A DNA stretch of 64,000 bases from Styela clava (Eukaryota), in assembly GCF_964204865.1 (NCBI RefSeq), contig NC_135256.1:9858001-9922000 (forward strand), written 5' to 3'. The notes below the pieces were generated by a model. The model saw nothing but the letters and a program-made list of their open reading frames with translations. It was not told the origin of the DNA and ran no database searches. This document shows, piece after piece, positions 37,901 through 52,199 of this stretch. The position numbers were made by a program, and so were the translations under genes. Numbering within the stretch: the first letter of the stretch is position 1; every line of letters begins with the position of its first letter.

Positions 37901-40900
37901 ACACTAAACAGCATCCATTAGGTTCGAACTTTATGCTGCCAGCCCTATTTTATGAAATGGTAGTATGTGTGATGTATTTATCAATTTTTATTTGTCCTCG
38001 CATACATAATGAGACATCCGTATTTGTATACTTTATCTTATATTCAATCGTTTTATTAATACTAGATATTATATAGATGTGTTATGCATCTGGCTCATGC
38101 TACAGTTTACATTTTTACAACCTGATATTGATGTGAGTGTGACACAAACCATCATCTCCTTGTCAGGCTTAATTTAAAAATGTATATTGGAAGTTTTGAA
38201 AAAAATTGGATTGTTTTGCGCCCCTACTTCGATACCTGATTGTGTTTACCTTAGCAGACTTTTTATACTGCTTCAGAGTGCTACTATTTTATTTTTGTAG
38301 GCTTGAATAATCTTATCATTGGTGTCCTTGTATTCATATAATCGTGCTTATTAATCTTTTACCTTCAGTTTTTTTTATTGTATAAGAGATGTATATTTTA
38401 ATTTCTAAAATTCTTGGATTGAATTATTTTTGTGAAAACTCAATTACCAGATAATTTTACCTTTTTACAGCTAAAGTTGATATAGATTAAATATTGGTGC
38501 TGCTAGCAGTTATTCTAAAGAAAAAATTATATTTTTAATCTGTTTTTTAAAATTGTATGTTTTTTGACCTTTAATCACTCCTGTAGGCAGTTTTGAAAAT
38601 GAAATTATACATTATATTAACAACTGATGCTTACAAAAGTCGCTTTTTGAATATTCGCTTTGAATATCATTCATCATAAAAATAATCCCTACCCAACAAG
38701 AATTTAGCAAAGCTATTTGTTGGTCTGCTAAATTTAAACCTTAAGATTTGATGCATTGAATATTTGGCAAGTTGTCTCCATTCAACTGATTGTAGTAAAT
38801 TATAAATATGTTTTGACTGCTAATTTCAAGGCGTTATGTTTCATGATTAATTTTCATTCTTGCAATAAATCAGAGTTAAATAAGTCTCTGAAATATCAGT
38901 CTTTTCATCGTTTGTCAAGTAAGATATTTGCTACTACAAAATGGATCCAACCAGTGAAGCTGTTTCATTGTCAGTTTATATATTCTTCAGTAATCCATTC
39001 AAAAGGTTCTTTATTTTTTTAATGTTGAATATTTTGATAATCTGATCTTTTAATCTCTCAATACTTGTTTTTTGATGCTTCCCTTCATCCAATTTTTGTT
39101 TTGAACCAAAAGTTGTATAAAATCCCTCCTGCTTTAGGACATCTGTATATTGGTAAAGATGTACTTGCGAGTACGAAAACCATGCCATCGTTTATTTTAT
39201 TTTGAAAAATGAGTAAAAAATTTTGATGTACTTCATTATACTTTATAAACAAGTGTGAACCTTTTGAATGCTCCCTCAAATGAGCTATTATGATATAGAT
39301 ATTTTATTGTGATTATTATAATTCTTTTGTATATGTAATTGATAATAAAAACACTGGTTGATAACGTTTTTTTGTATATAAAGAAAGCGGGTTAAGGACA
39401 TTTCCTAGTCGAAAATTCCATCAGAGCGCCATTTACACTGAACCAGTAACAACACTATAGGTGTCGCTGCTTGAAAACCTAACCAGGTCCCTCGCGAATC
39501 CTGTCGCGCGACTAACTTTACTATTTTATTGGACACGTAGTGGACATAACGATCGTTTCAATATTATGTTGTTGTTGTTCTTAGACACGTTTTGAAGATA
39601 TCGCTTTTCTCTTTGATAACTGGACTAATTGCTTTGAAATTTTCAGTGAGTAAAGATTATATTTTTTGCTAGAGGGCTATTACTTTTATTTTTTGCTATG
39701 ACGTCATCAAAATTATATGGTGCTAGGTGTCCATATATTTGAGTATAGTACTCTTGTTTATTTTCTGTACCAATCATTGTGCATTTGTTTTTGTGACAAC
39801 AAACAAATATTGATAGATAGAAGGTGGATTCCATCCGTCTCAAAGTGGCTCGACTTCTTTTTCTTCGTCACAAGTTTAGCATCCAATAACATGTCTGACA
39901 GCTTTCCACGAAAATATATTCAACCACTTCCATTGATCTTATTGCACTTAGACTAATAAACTGTATTTCGCACATGGAGATGAAAATTTCTCGGCTGGAG
40001 TTTTTTTGGAGTAAGGTATCCGACAATCCGATATCGCGGCGTGTGATTCTGGACGCCTTGCAAAATCAACGCGTCTAACTGCACCACGGTACAAAAATAT
40101 CAATACAGGAAAGTTGCCAATAAAGTGTAACTCGATTCAACAAATTACATCAATTTCAAATTTGATTTGAGCGATGAATACTGCAAAGGTCATGCAGTTG
40201 CAATGCCCGCAGAAAAAATGAATCTAATGACTGCAAGATTGCATTATTCGCTGAGTTCATAGTGCATTTACTTGTTACTATTCAAATGCCGTTTAACGTA
40301 GGTCTTTGTACAAATTTAGCTATAGATTCTGTTGCGGAGTATTTTTTTAACGTTTTGTCCATAGCATTAGCCATAGCGACTGGTATTATACGGATTGGGT
40401 ATTAGAGTGAACAGAACATGGACTACGGAAGCAAATTTATATATTTGGAACATTGAAAAGGAACTCCACAAGTATGTGTACCAATATGTAGGAAACTAAT
40501 TTTGTTCGCCTATTTTACATCAAGTTGTGTAAAAGGACTGAAACATATGAGTAGGAGGATATTCACTTAGCTAACACAGACAGTCCCCGAACTCGTTATA
40601 GAACTAAAATAACAAAAATCGGAATAAAATTATGGCTCAGCCCTAACCTGGTAACACATACTTCGGGAGTAAATGACAAGTCATTCGGATTTCGGAGGAC
40701 TAGACGCATACTATAGTTAATCTACATTCATTCCAAAACATCGATTTCTCAGATGTGTTTCGTATATAAATTCGGCATCCAAACCAATTGAGTGGCCAAA
40801 AGAGTTATTAATCTAAAAAAGACGTAAGTTTAAATAGTAGTTCCATGATTGCAAGATTACAATCTCCGAAGAGAGACAAAAAGAACAATAATATAAAAAT

Positions 40901-42115
40901 ATATATAAAGCACATCAATACTTTTTACAGTTGAATGATCTATTTTGTTTCGCGAAATGCGCTGGGTAAATACATGCATTTTGTTTCCGCTGTTTGTTTC
41001 TGCTGAATGTCGATGTTGGGACATTGATCGCGTAACATACTTCGTGCTAAACAACTCATTGGTATTTTTGATACAGTACCAGGGAACTTTCAAGATGAAA
41101 AATTTCTCTTAGAGAATCGTACAGAGTAACCAAACTATTTTCGAACTAGTTTTCAATGCGCATCATTATCTGTAGGACAGTCGGAAAATTTTTGAAGTTT
41201 ATCCGTGCTACAGGTAATATTATTCGTGAATGGATGGTTCTGATCTTGATCCAATCTTTTCTCGAATGACATATTGTTAGGGTTGCAGTCATCAAAAATA
41301 GAAAGTATACATCGATATTGTGGTTCTTTCAAAGCATAGTGTGCAATGTTTTCAAATCGAGATAGACAAGAACAACGTTGGCAGGACACAGTGAAATGCT
41401 TTTTGCCGACTCTCGTCTTGATTACTTCGCCGTGTTTCTTCGCAAACCGGCCGAGCGGGATTTTTTCTCGGGTGCAAAGGGACATTCTCTTTGTTTTAAT
41501 ACGATGCTTTTTGTAAATAGTCTAGGTTTGTCATTCGTGCAGCAGCGAATGAGTTTATTGTTTACATCTATTTCGAAGATGTAGTAACAATAACGCTTGC
41601 AGAATATCGGATGCTATGTATATATGTTTAATCGTGACTTCAGTCCTCCAAATTTTCTGACATATTAGATAGTTTATATAACAATTATATATATATGGCT
41701 GTCGTGGGTCAGGAAAGGTAGCCTACGGTGAATGTAATTCTATGTTTATAATGTCTGTATCTTATTTTAATATGTCATGCTTGTAGGCAAGGTTTGTAAT
41801 AATGACTGCATGGGTGTGCATAAATGCACTCACTTAGTGACCAATTTTTCCATTAATCATCGCGGAGTTAACAATAACAAAGCGCTTTCGCTTTTGTATT
41901 CGTGCTCATCTCCGTATACTACGTCTTCCAGTAGTGTTTTAATACAGTTTTGTTAACGTAAATATTAATTTTGTGCTTGGAAAGATCGCCCTCGCTTTGC
42001 TTACTTCATGAAAAACGCTAACTAACACTAATAGATAAGTACGGTACTGTTACGGGGGAACATTCACGTCAACTTTTTCGTTCAACAGTATTAATTTACT
42101 CCGTATTAACTTGTA

Positions 42116-45100
42116 ATGTCGAGCGCAGAAACTAGCATTCTCCATCCGGTCGAAACTCGATCAAAATCGATGCAAGAATACAAATCCTGTCAAGATGGCG
42201 ATGCGAATAATTCAGCTTTAATGACCGAATTTCCTCCTAGCAGTGAACCAACACCCACGATGCAAAATTATCCCGCAGGTAACGTAGAATTTAACTTACT
42301 TTGAGCGTACACTGATTTCAACTTATGCTGACAAGTTAGGAACGGCACTATATCTACTTCGCGACCCGGACTGCGTGCTTATTTACGAAAAAAATGGGGG
42401 TTTATCTCCCACATTGATATACGATTTTACATAGAAATGTAGGCCTAAATCAAATATAAAGTTAAGTTTTACGAATATCCGAAACTCACTATTTCCGTCT
42501 CAAAGTGTTTACTTACTCGGCAAGTATTTCGGGTGTGCCGTATGAGGAAAAGAAAAATCTGGCGCTAGCCTCACGAAAAGCGTAATAGCATCTATTACGT
42601 AACAAACAATGTTGCACTCTCAACAACACCGCTGTACAGTAATCTGTTATGCGGTCGATGCCTACATTTAGTCATGTATTTTCTTGCTTGCCGAATTACC
42701 ACCAATGCTGGTCAAATTCACTCTTAAGGGGTAAACTTACTCTTAAAGGGGTAAGTAAACTTACCCCCGGTTGAGAATTCTTTGGCCTAATATATAGCGA
42801 CACTAAGCAAGTACTATATTTCCAATATTTTGATATGCCAGAAAAGTAAAAATAAATTAAACCCTTCTTTTTGAACCTGATTTGGAGGAACTAAAATATA
42901 CTTCCCGGCATTAAATCATTTTAGTATATTTCAACTTTGGCCGCCTTCTGGAGTGAGCGATATGCGACGTTTGTACTATTGTTGTGTACCATTTCTATCA
43001 TTTTCTGTATAGGCTCATGCAACTCATATTACGGTGGTCCAACACCCGCTGGTTATGCAGATTATACAGATCGATTTTCAATGGGATATCAGAGAATGGG
43101 TCCGACAATAACTTTGACAAGCCACAAGTAAGAAACTTTTCAGTCCATTTATCATTCCAGCTTCGTATTACTAAGTAATGTAAATAAATATCCCAGCTAT
43201 GCATTTCTATGCCATTCATCTACTAACTTTAGAAGTTAGTCTGAATTGTATTATTTCGCTAAATTTATTATTTCGTTGAGATACGTTCGGGGTTTACTGA
43301 TTGCACGTATTTGTTTTTGATTGAGCTTTTCCCAAAAATTTGGTACCATAATATCTCCTCCACGAGAACCAAATACACTATAGGGCTGTTAATAATTATG
43401 TTTTACCAGAATTCAATTTGGATGTCAGCAAGCGCCTCCTCCGCCTTCTTACGGCAGGCAACGATCAGACGAACCAGTTTTGCGACATGACCATTGTCTT
43501 TTGCAACCTGCACAGGCGAAATGTAAGTTATAATAAGTATGTTAGGTTAGCTGCAGTTTTATATTAAAATTTTTTATTGATTGCATCGAGGATATTTCAG
43601 TCAGATATTTTTGTTGGCGGCTATCGCGCGATTGAAATAGCATCGGTTATTATTTGAATAATTTTTGCGTATTTTAGCTTGGGCTGATACATCAGTTGAA
43701 CATACTCCGGCTCCACCCACGACTTCAGCTCCTACGAAACCCAACAACAGAGGAAGAACAACTTATTCTGATGCACAGGTAAACGCGATTTGTAATGAAT
43801 CGGCGAACCTAGCCATCAATGTACAGCTCACCCCTTGAGCACAAGATCCAATGTTTGTTATAGGCCTTTGATACATTCTGGTGTTGTTCCTTGCTTTAGT
43901 AATATAATGAATCTGTTTCCGTCTAGATTGCCGAATTGGAAGGGGTGTTTCATAGTAATCCATATCCAACTGCTCAAACGCGGCAACACCTTGCTTGCAA
44001 AATTGATGTTCCTGAAGGAAAAGTTAAGGTAAGCCATCAACGGTATCAAAACTTAAGCGAAGCATGCGAAATGAAAAGTTGTATTATCGTATAAATTTCA
44101 TCATTTTAATTGTATCCCAAATAGTTATCCAACTTATCCATACATTCAGTGCATGTCATTTAATAGTAATAATTATGACGATGTGTCAAAACCTGGCACT
44201 TGCGGCATTAAATATTTAAGAGTGGTATAAATTGGAACATTTTAAGCATATTTAAGAAGTTAAGTAGACTAAAAAATATACAGTCTAGTGCCACGGTTCG
44301 AGTCGACAGCAATAAATAGATAACTTAGAGGCTCTCTAGTACAGGTGTGGCCAACCCGCGGCTCGCGAGCGCATGTGGCTCTTGCCCCAGTTTTATGCGG
44401 CTCTTCTCTTGGTTATTTTAAGGAAAAAATACTTGCAGACTGCGATTCATCTTGTTCCAATTATATGATTCATCGTGCATTCTTCGCCTTTATTCTCTAG
44501 TACTTGGCGTGAGCCATACGCGATTGTGTTTTTCTAGTTTATCAGTATTACCACTTCGCGAGGTGATGTATGTGTTTACATACTCATGTTACATACTGCT
44601 TCTTTTAGATATGGTTTCAAAATCGTCGAGCGAGAGCCAAGAAGATAAAGATGGGTTGTGGAGGAGGAAATTGGCGAACTGGCCATAACGAATCGAAAAC
44701 TACCGATGAGCATACAAATCAAAATAACAACAATATGAAATCCGATTGCAGCAAACTTTCATCAATTGACTCTTCTTCCATTTCAATCAATTCACTTTTA
44801 CCTTTACCTACAAAACCTATAATTGCTGCCAGTAAGTGGCCAGGGTCCTCCTGCATGCATCCGTGGAGAGCACCTTACCATCCCGAAGCCAGTCACTCAT
44901 GCAGAATGCATTCACATCCCCAGCCTTATTGTTCTGGACATTCGGGATGCTCATGCGCTCCAACTGGGCCAAGAAATGTCAAAATGTGGAATTGGGGTTC
45001 TGGAAATTATATGCCACAGCCTTGCCATTCAATGTACAAACCTGAGTTGGACGATTACAGAAACCCTGCCCATAATTCATGGGATTCCCATTGTGCTTTC

Positions 45101-46171
45101 GGGAACGCGCCTGACATTGTAACAAAGACGTCAAAAGTTCGATTAAACGATTCAAGTATAAGTAATGGCGAAGAAAATACTTCTAATACGTCAAAACATG
45201 AAAACCCCCACGATACATCTGCATCCGAGACAGAACAGATGAATACATCGGAGAGATTTTCTGAGAGCGCCAAGATTATTAATCCTTATGACGCCGAAAC
45301 GTGTTCCATTGCACCGACGTACAACTCTCATTTTTATCCGGGAATAATGCCGCAAGAGAGACGACAAGCAATGGAAGAACTATCCAGCCCACCACCAATT
45401 CGAAGACTAATTTTTCCATTCCATACTCTTACTGATGTTAAATCCGTAAAACCGGAAGCAGGGACAATGGGATCTTCTCCTTACCCTACCGTTTACACGA
45501 GGCCGCTCACGACGCCATCAGAAAGTGGATATATTGTTGGACCGAGGGGATATCAAAATCCAACTTCTGCCCAATTCAATATCCAGGCAATTAAAATTCC
45601 AGATTCCTACCAGCCTTATCCATACCTTACCACAACATCGCGCTACTCAGACGCCACTCAATATAATCTTGAGTCAGATGGATACAATCATGCTTATCAC
45701 ATGGCAAGCAAGTGGAATCCTCACTGTCCCGAAACAAATTCTTATCATATTCCGCCAGCGGCCGTAGATGACGAAAATCGCCAAAACTCGCTAAATGACC
45801 AAGATAAAGCCGTCAGCGACGACGGCGAGGCAACTGATGACGCAGTTGATGAAGTAGGAATGATGGAGGGTGATAAACAGGACGAAAGAGCCCAGGACGT
45901 TAAATCGTTTTGTTACGACACAGAAGGGTCACAAAATTTTTCGGCTGACTGTTGGACAAATCGTCCATCAACCTCAAGCATTTTGGTAAAAGCAATGGAA
46001 TTTGCCACAAATGAAGGTGTGGATACTAAGGACGGCGTTGAAGATAGTAATGAAAATAGGATTTCTGGACTTGCTAGTGATGTAATACCACCTGTCGATT
46101 CAAGCGCGGTTTGGTCCAACCAACTCATAAATGGAATGTATCCATCGGTATCCGCTTCTATGGTTGGGTGA
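42116..46171 (+). CDS. Divergent PRD-class (Q50) homeodomain transcription factor, 6 exons, 718 aa
   Basis: Exons 42116-42278, 43013-43127, 43410-43522, 43678-43778, 43927-44028, 44609-46171 (2157 nt, GT-AG, open frame). Homeodomain NNRGRTTYSDAQ|IAELEGVFHSNPYPTAQTRQHLACKIDVPEGKVK|[14 protein letters not shown] has R5, L16, F20, Y25-P26, W48-F49-Q50-N51, R53 and the PRD-typical intron between positions 46 and 47. Confidence 0.9.
44342..44405 (+). mobile_element. Truncated hAT (Charlie-like) left end in intron 5 of the homeobox gene
   Basis: CAGGTGTGGCCAACCCGCGGCTCGCGAGC...GTGGCTC...GCGGCTC preceded by CTCTAGTA; no matching right end seen. Confidence 0.5.
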
Positions 46172-49100
46172 GAGCGTTTATATTATGCGACTGACAATTA
46201 TTTCTGCAAAATGTTTTCAGAAAATTCTTTTTAATTTTCATAATTGTTAATTTCTTCTTAATTGCCAAATTAAGTTTTTCACATACGCTTGCCATGTTCC
46301 ATTGTTAATGAACTTTTGTCTTTTGTATTTGATCTGTATTTTCTAGCTGACAATCAATTTCGGTGCAATATTGTATAGCTAGATAAAATAAACTTGATTT
46401 GGGTATTCACTGAAAAGCTAGGTATGCATTGTTGTTCCTCTTGCTGGTGACAAATTGCTTTCTCAATCTCTTGACTTGTGTTCCTGTTACGGTGTATCGC
46501 GTTTGCGCCAGGGTTTTGGTGGTAATTTTAAGTCAAACATTTACTTTGTCCAGTTCTCTAATATTATGAGTTGCGGTTTAATATCGATACGTTACAGTTG
46601 TACATAGATAAAAACTGAATACATCATAAATCAATTTGTTCTCACTATTTTTATGGATGTGGATCGACTTTCTCAACTCAATTTTTTCAATCTAATTTAT
46701 CTTATTCCTTGTAATCCAATTTTCATTACGAACAAATTTGTATTTTGTACACAACTTTTCAATGCGAAACATGAATATGGGTTATTTAGTACCTATCCAG
46801 CCATATATTGATCAAGTTCAGCTATCTGTCATGGATGCATGATGAAAATAAAAATCAATTTATTGATGATAAAATATTAATCACGAGGTAATACCATCAA
46901 AAACATGCTCGAGATAATTGTAAAATATAACATTCCATATTTTTTAGTACGCTGGGTGTTTAGTCGAAAATCAGTCCGTTCAGCACCCGCAACACAATGG
47001 CCCATAAGTGAAATTTTATTGTTATTCGTTATCACTGTCAAGAAATATCGTCCATACAATGTTTACTGGCCTACCTTGGTTAGGTTTGTACACGCTACCA
47101 TTCGTTACTGTCACAATCTATTATTTAATTATTGTACTACTTTATTTTTGCCATCTTATGAAATCAATCACGAGTTTCCATTGCCAATCATTTATGTCGC
47201 ACTAATAAACTATTCGTTTAACTTGGGGAAATAAAAAGACAATCACGAAATATTATATTCGTATGATTTTTGTACTTTTTGGCAGTGGAGATTTAGCAAA
47301 ATAAGTCTAAAATCATATGTATATTGGAAAGAAGAAATCTTATTATGTACGGGAGCCATACCACATATCGGGTTGTAACTCAAATTTATAAGTTCACCAA
47401 CTCAAAGCTGGGATGCGTAAAGAATAATATGTTTACAACATAGCATATACGAGAGTTTTAATTATACCATTGTACGTTCAATCAACAGTAACTTAGAAAT
47501 GGGGGTGACTTCGATATAGAATCAGTAAGCAGTAGTTTGTTTTCAATTGATACTGAAAACACACCACAAAAATTAAAAATCAACTCAGAAATAACATTTC
47601 AAAGGAAAACACTGAAAAATTATACTGGTTATCGAGCAGACATCTTTTACGAGGCAATACCAGTAGTTGATATAATTATAAAAGAAAGAATTTGAATAAG
47701 TAGAAACATTAGAAAAAAGTATATATACGAAATCACGTTTAGTTGGATATCATGACTCTTCCATGATATGATTAATGGAAAAAGTGTTACCATTTTTTAC
47801 TATTATTATTATTTTTATATCAGAAGACTAGAAGCATCCTCCTTTACATTGTCAGCTGCTATGTACGCAGATATTTTTCCGCAGTATACTTGTTGTAAGC
47901 GCCAATTCTAAAAGCGGAAATGTAACGATATTGTAAAACATGTTCGATTGGGCATCACATACAACTCGTTTCGAATTTTGTACATGGCCTTGTTTGCGTA
48001 GTTTCCCGCTGAAATGTTTGAATATATTAATTCTGACGTCTTTTTTATAAAATTGATACAGATGTAGAATTACGCGGCAAAATTATGCCATATAATTTTC
48101 ATATTTCCAATGAGTCACGTATTTGATCTTTACGTTAAACAGAACTAAAATCAAAAATTCATTTTGAAGTTTGTTTTGTATATACCTCGCCGACTGCAAA
48201 TTTACATTCGAAAAAATGATTTGCTTTATTTTGAAAAACATAGAAAGATGTCTTCAACTAGCCATTGTCTGTTTCTTTAACGTAAAATCCCTGTTTTCAT
48301 GGTTCGAATTAATATGGCGGCTTGTAAACAAATTAAAAATGGAGTCCATATCAAAATAAACCGAACGACGTGCCTATTGAACTGATCTCTGAACTTCGTG
48401 ACTAGTATGAATCGGTTGAGTAGGAGACGGGTCGAATTCCAAACACCCGTCACTGGGAGTGCACAGATGAGGAAAAGCAATCTCCCAGTTGAAAACAATA
48501 CTATTCTTCTCTCGATGCCGCCAGTATTACTCATGTCGCACCGTTTCTAGCTTTCATTTTGCCGGAAACAGAAGCAATTTATCATATAGAGTGCTGAACA
48601 ATAAGACCAGTCTGTCATTGACAGATTATGACTACAAAATCTGTCAGTCTATCCTCGTTACAATTTTATAGTCGAATTTCTCGTTGTCAACAAGAATGAG
48701 AGAAAAAAGCTCTGTTTCTGGAGTCTCCTTAACTGGGAAATTGTCGATTAATAGAACGATATATGATAACGGCATTAATATATATATTGAACTGTACCCG
48801 ACTTTGTAATGCACATTCATTGAGATCCCACGATCCGGTAACTTCTCATTACAAAGTTACATATAAAGGCTATAACATACGCCAATGCAGATATAATATA
48901 TAGATTGAGTAAAACACCGTGTATATGGTAAATGTGGCCGTATTCTCCTGTTGTCGCTTGGTCTACGTTGTCGAAATAATTAATTCAAATGGCGTGCTAA
49001 TAAATTTCAACCTTTAGAATGTGTCAGAATTATTTTTGAAAACAAATTGCTGTTCTTAACCTGATTTTAGTAACTAGTATAATTAATCTTTTCTTGACAG

Positions 49101-50587
49101 ATAAGGGGAAATATTGAATTCATTGGAGCATGTTCGACGAAACAATTACCCTGTTAAGTATTGTTAGCTCGTTAAAAATAAACTATGATAAATTCATATT
49201 TCTGTGTAAGGTGATTGCAAAACAGGTTTTAATAAATATTGCTTATAATTAATATTCGCCAAGCAAGAAACATTACCTCCACCTCATTGGATTATTCCGA
49301 GTGTGTCAATAAGATGTCGGGAAATATTTGGTACATGTTGCCTATCCTCTCCCCATGCGCATTTTGATTATATTATACATACTCGTTTGCGCATTCTCGT
49401 TACCAATTCACAACTCGTGCTTGAAGTTTTGAAGGATCCCATCATTTAGGGCTTTTAGACCAAAGAATTATCTGCCCTGCTTCTATTGGGAAAGAATTTC
49501 AAATACCGACTGATTCTTAAATTCATAACACGGGATTGAATAGTACAGTTCGAAAAATTGATATTGGCTGTATATGATTTGTTGATAATTTTGTGGTTTC
49601 GCATCGAAGAACTTTGGAATTTTATTGTCATTTTTTATTGCTATTACGTCTCAAAGGCGCCTCCAGAGGTTTTGAGTGGCCTATGCGTACATTTATTACA
49701 TACAAGATTTCATATAGTTAATGTTGCACACTGTGGTATTACGTATCTGTAAGTCTAAGCATTATTCACTTATTCATTACTCTCCGATAATGCTTATGGA
49801 CTTACAAATATATGCTTGTCTCTCTTCTCTTTTGTCATGCATATTGTTTCAGAAGTAGTTTGAGACACTTTCAAATAACATTATTACTGCGCGACTGAAT
49901 GCCGATAAAAACTGAGTTGGTACGGGGCATCCTTTCCAGGCACCCCGGCTCATTATTGTCATAAAATTTCCGCGTATATTTATTTGTATACTTTTACTTT
50001 TCAAAACTTATTAATTACTCAAACCCAGCAATTTACAGTCTCCCAACAGTCGCCAACTCAGGCTACATTAATTACAGCATCCAGGCGCCGTGATAATTGC
50101 AGGAAGAGCGCGGCACGTTCTTTCATCTAATATAGATCATTTAAAGCAATGTAGTCGTTAAAATTATCTCCATAACTATTTCACTTCCTAACAATCACAA
50201 ACAATACTAATCCATTTCCACTCGATAAATACCGTATCGCATTCAGGCACGCGCCATGACTCGGTTAAAATTGGTTTGATATTTTGCACTATGGTTTAAA
50301 ATTGGTTTAATATTTATGGACTATGCTCTGCTTACAGATGCAAGTAAACAAAAACTTCAAGAGAGACTTATTGTCTATTTTTGGTCAGAATATGTCATAT
50401 TTTCTCACTTCATAGAAAGAAGGAAATGACCAGAACGATGTACATGACTCAACTGCGTCGCCATCCGTGCACACCGAATCCAAATCATAAAAAAAGCATA
50501 TCAATTCGAAATAATATTTTATTAAAATGATATGAACAGAAAACAGATTTTTATTTAACAAAAAGTATCAATAAATTGCTGGAAAAG

Positions 50588-52199
50588 TTACTGTAAAATT
50601 GGTAGAGGCATCGATGCGTGCCGATTTGCATCAGTGATGTTACCCGCGTAGAATGGTGGATATGCCGGATACACAAAGTCTGAGCGTTTTGATGTATATA
50701 TTTGATGCATTGAGTTTGCCAACAGAGTTTCTGTATTTCCTCGTGATATGGTATCTGAATAAGCACCTCGGACTTCCGAGTGTGTTACCGGTGACATTGT
50801 CGATGGTAACCCACAGTATATATTCGAATATCCCGAGTAAGCGGGCATAGCTGTCATTAACGGTATTCCAGGGCCGGAAGTTGAGCCAAGGACGGAACAG
50901 GCCGCAGCTGCAAACTTCGCTTGCTCGATCTTTGCTTCTTGCAAGCGCTTTGACTTTGCTCTTCGATTTTGAAACCAGATTTTAACCTGGTAAGTACAAA
51001 ATTCATTATGTTATATAATACTATCTATTTACGGTGTAAGTTACAGCTATTTCTGTAGTAGCACCTCTTATAAATTCGTAAAATGTATCATACTTTTCAT
51101 TTGCCTATTTTTTTGAAATTTCTGGCATTACATTTATAGCAATATTACATTTATATATGATTTATACTAAAGTTAGGTTTTAAGGGCATTGAAATTTCAC
51201 TACAAAGAATACAAGGATTATAAATGTATGAACATTAAAACGTTCTAAATCAATTTACTAGTTCACCGCAGTTGTTGCGATGTTTGGTAATGATGATTTT
51301 CAGAAAAAGTTGCCTATTTCTTGGCATTAAAAATTGTCACCTTATAATATTATCACAAAAAAATAAAATCACCTGTGTTTCCGATAGTTGAAGCGACGAA
51401 GAAAACTCAGCTCTTTCAGCGATAGAAAGATACTGCTTTTTAGCGAATTTGTTCTCCAATGACAGAAGTTGGTGAGTTGTAAATGGGGTTCGAGGTTTTC
51501 TGTTTGGCTTGTGTTTTCTCAAGTTTGAAAATGCTGTTCCTGAAATATGAGAATAAATATTAAATAATTCTGTAAATAAAATAGTCATTGCAATTACAAA
51601 TATACAGTAACTAAAGAAAAAAATTAATGAACTGAATAGTAAAAATGAAATACTTGAAATATATTTTTAAAATACATTTCTAAGAAGTTATTCAAATAAT
51701 AAGCCTGTTTCTTACCAGAATCTGATTTTTCATGAGACTTTCTTTGTGGAGTGGAGTGTAACGGACTTGGTGAAGAACTAGGTGATATAGATAAGTTGCT
51801 TCTTGCTGGAGACAATGATTGTTCAGAATGATTTCTTGTTGATGACACGTTTTCCAAAAATGTGTAATCTCTTCCAATATGATTTTCATTAGTTTTCATA
51901 ACATTCACTACATCAGCATAAAATCTGGGATTGAATGTGGAGTTCGAATTTTCGATTAAATTTTGCACTGTAGATGATTCCTTTGTTTTACTCGTGCTCC
52001 CTTGTTTTCCGATTATCGATTCTATTGAAAAAGAAAATCTTGGTGGCTTGTTTTCGACAGTTTCAATTGTCGTTTTGATTTCGGTAGCTTCATTTCTGTC
52101 ATTGAACATTGTATTGGAAATGTCTAAACCAGTAGATTCCTCACGTTCATATTTTATTCTCTGGTTTTCGTCACCTACTGAACTCAATCCGTTTGACAT
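50588..52199 (-). CDS. Msx: Msx homeobox protein, 3 coding exons
   Basis: Exons 52199-51716, 51539-51373, 50986-50588. eh1 motif FSIESIIG; [50 protein letters not shown]|[21 protein letters not shown] is diagnostic of Msx. Confidence 0.97.

Noticed and set aside
38000-42100. Short ORFs between BIN3 and the homeobox gene
   Set aside because: No consistent splice-linked frame or domain; consistent with the BIN3 3' UTR and intergenic DNA.
42716-42780. GGGGTAAACTTAC repeat/hairpin as a structured RNA
   Set aside because: More simply a tiny decayed transposon remnant or slippage repeat in intron 1 of the homeobox gene.
50261-50325. Two ~31-bp tandem copies downstream of Msx
   Set aside because: Simple local duplication with no evidence of function.
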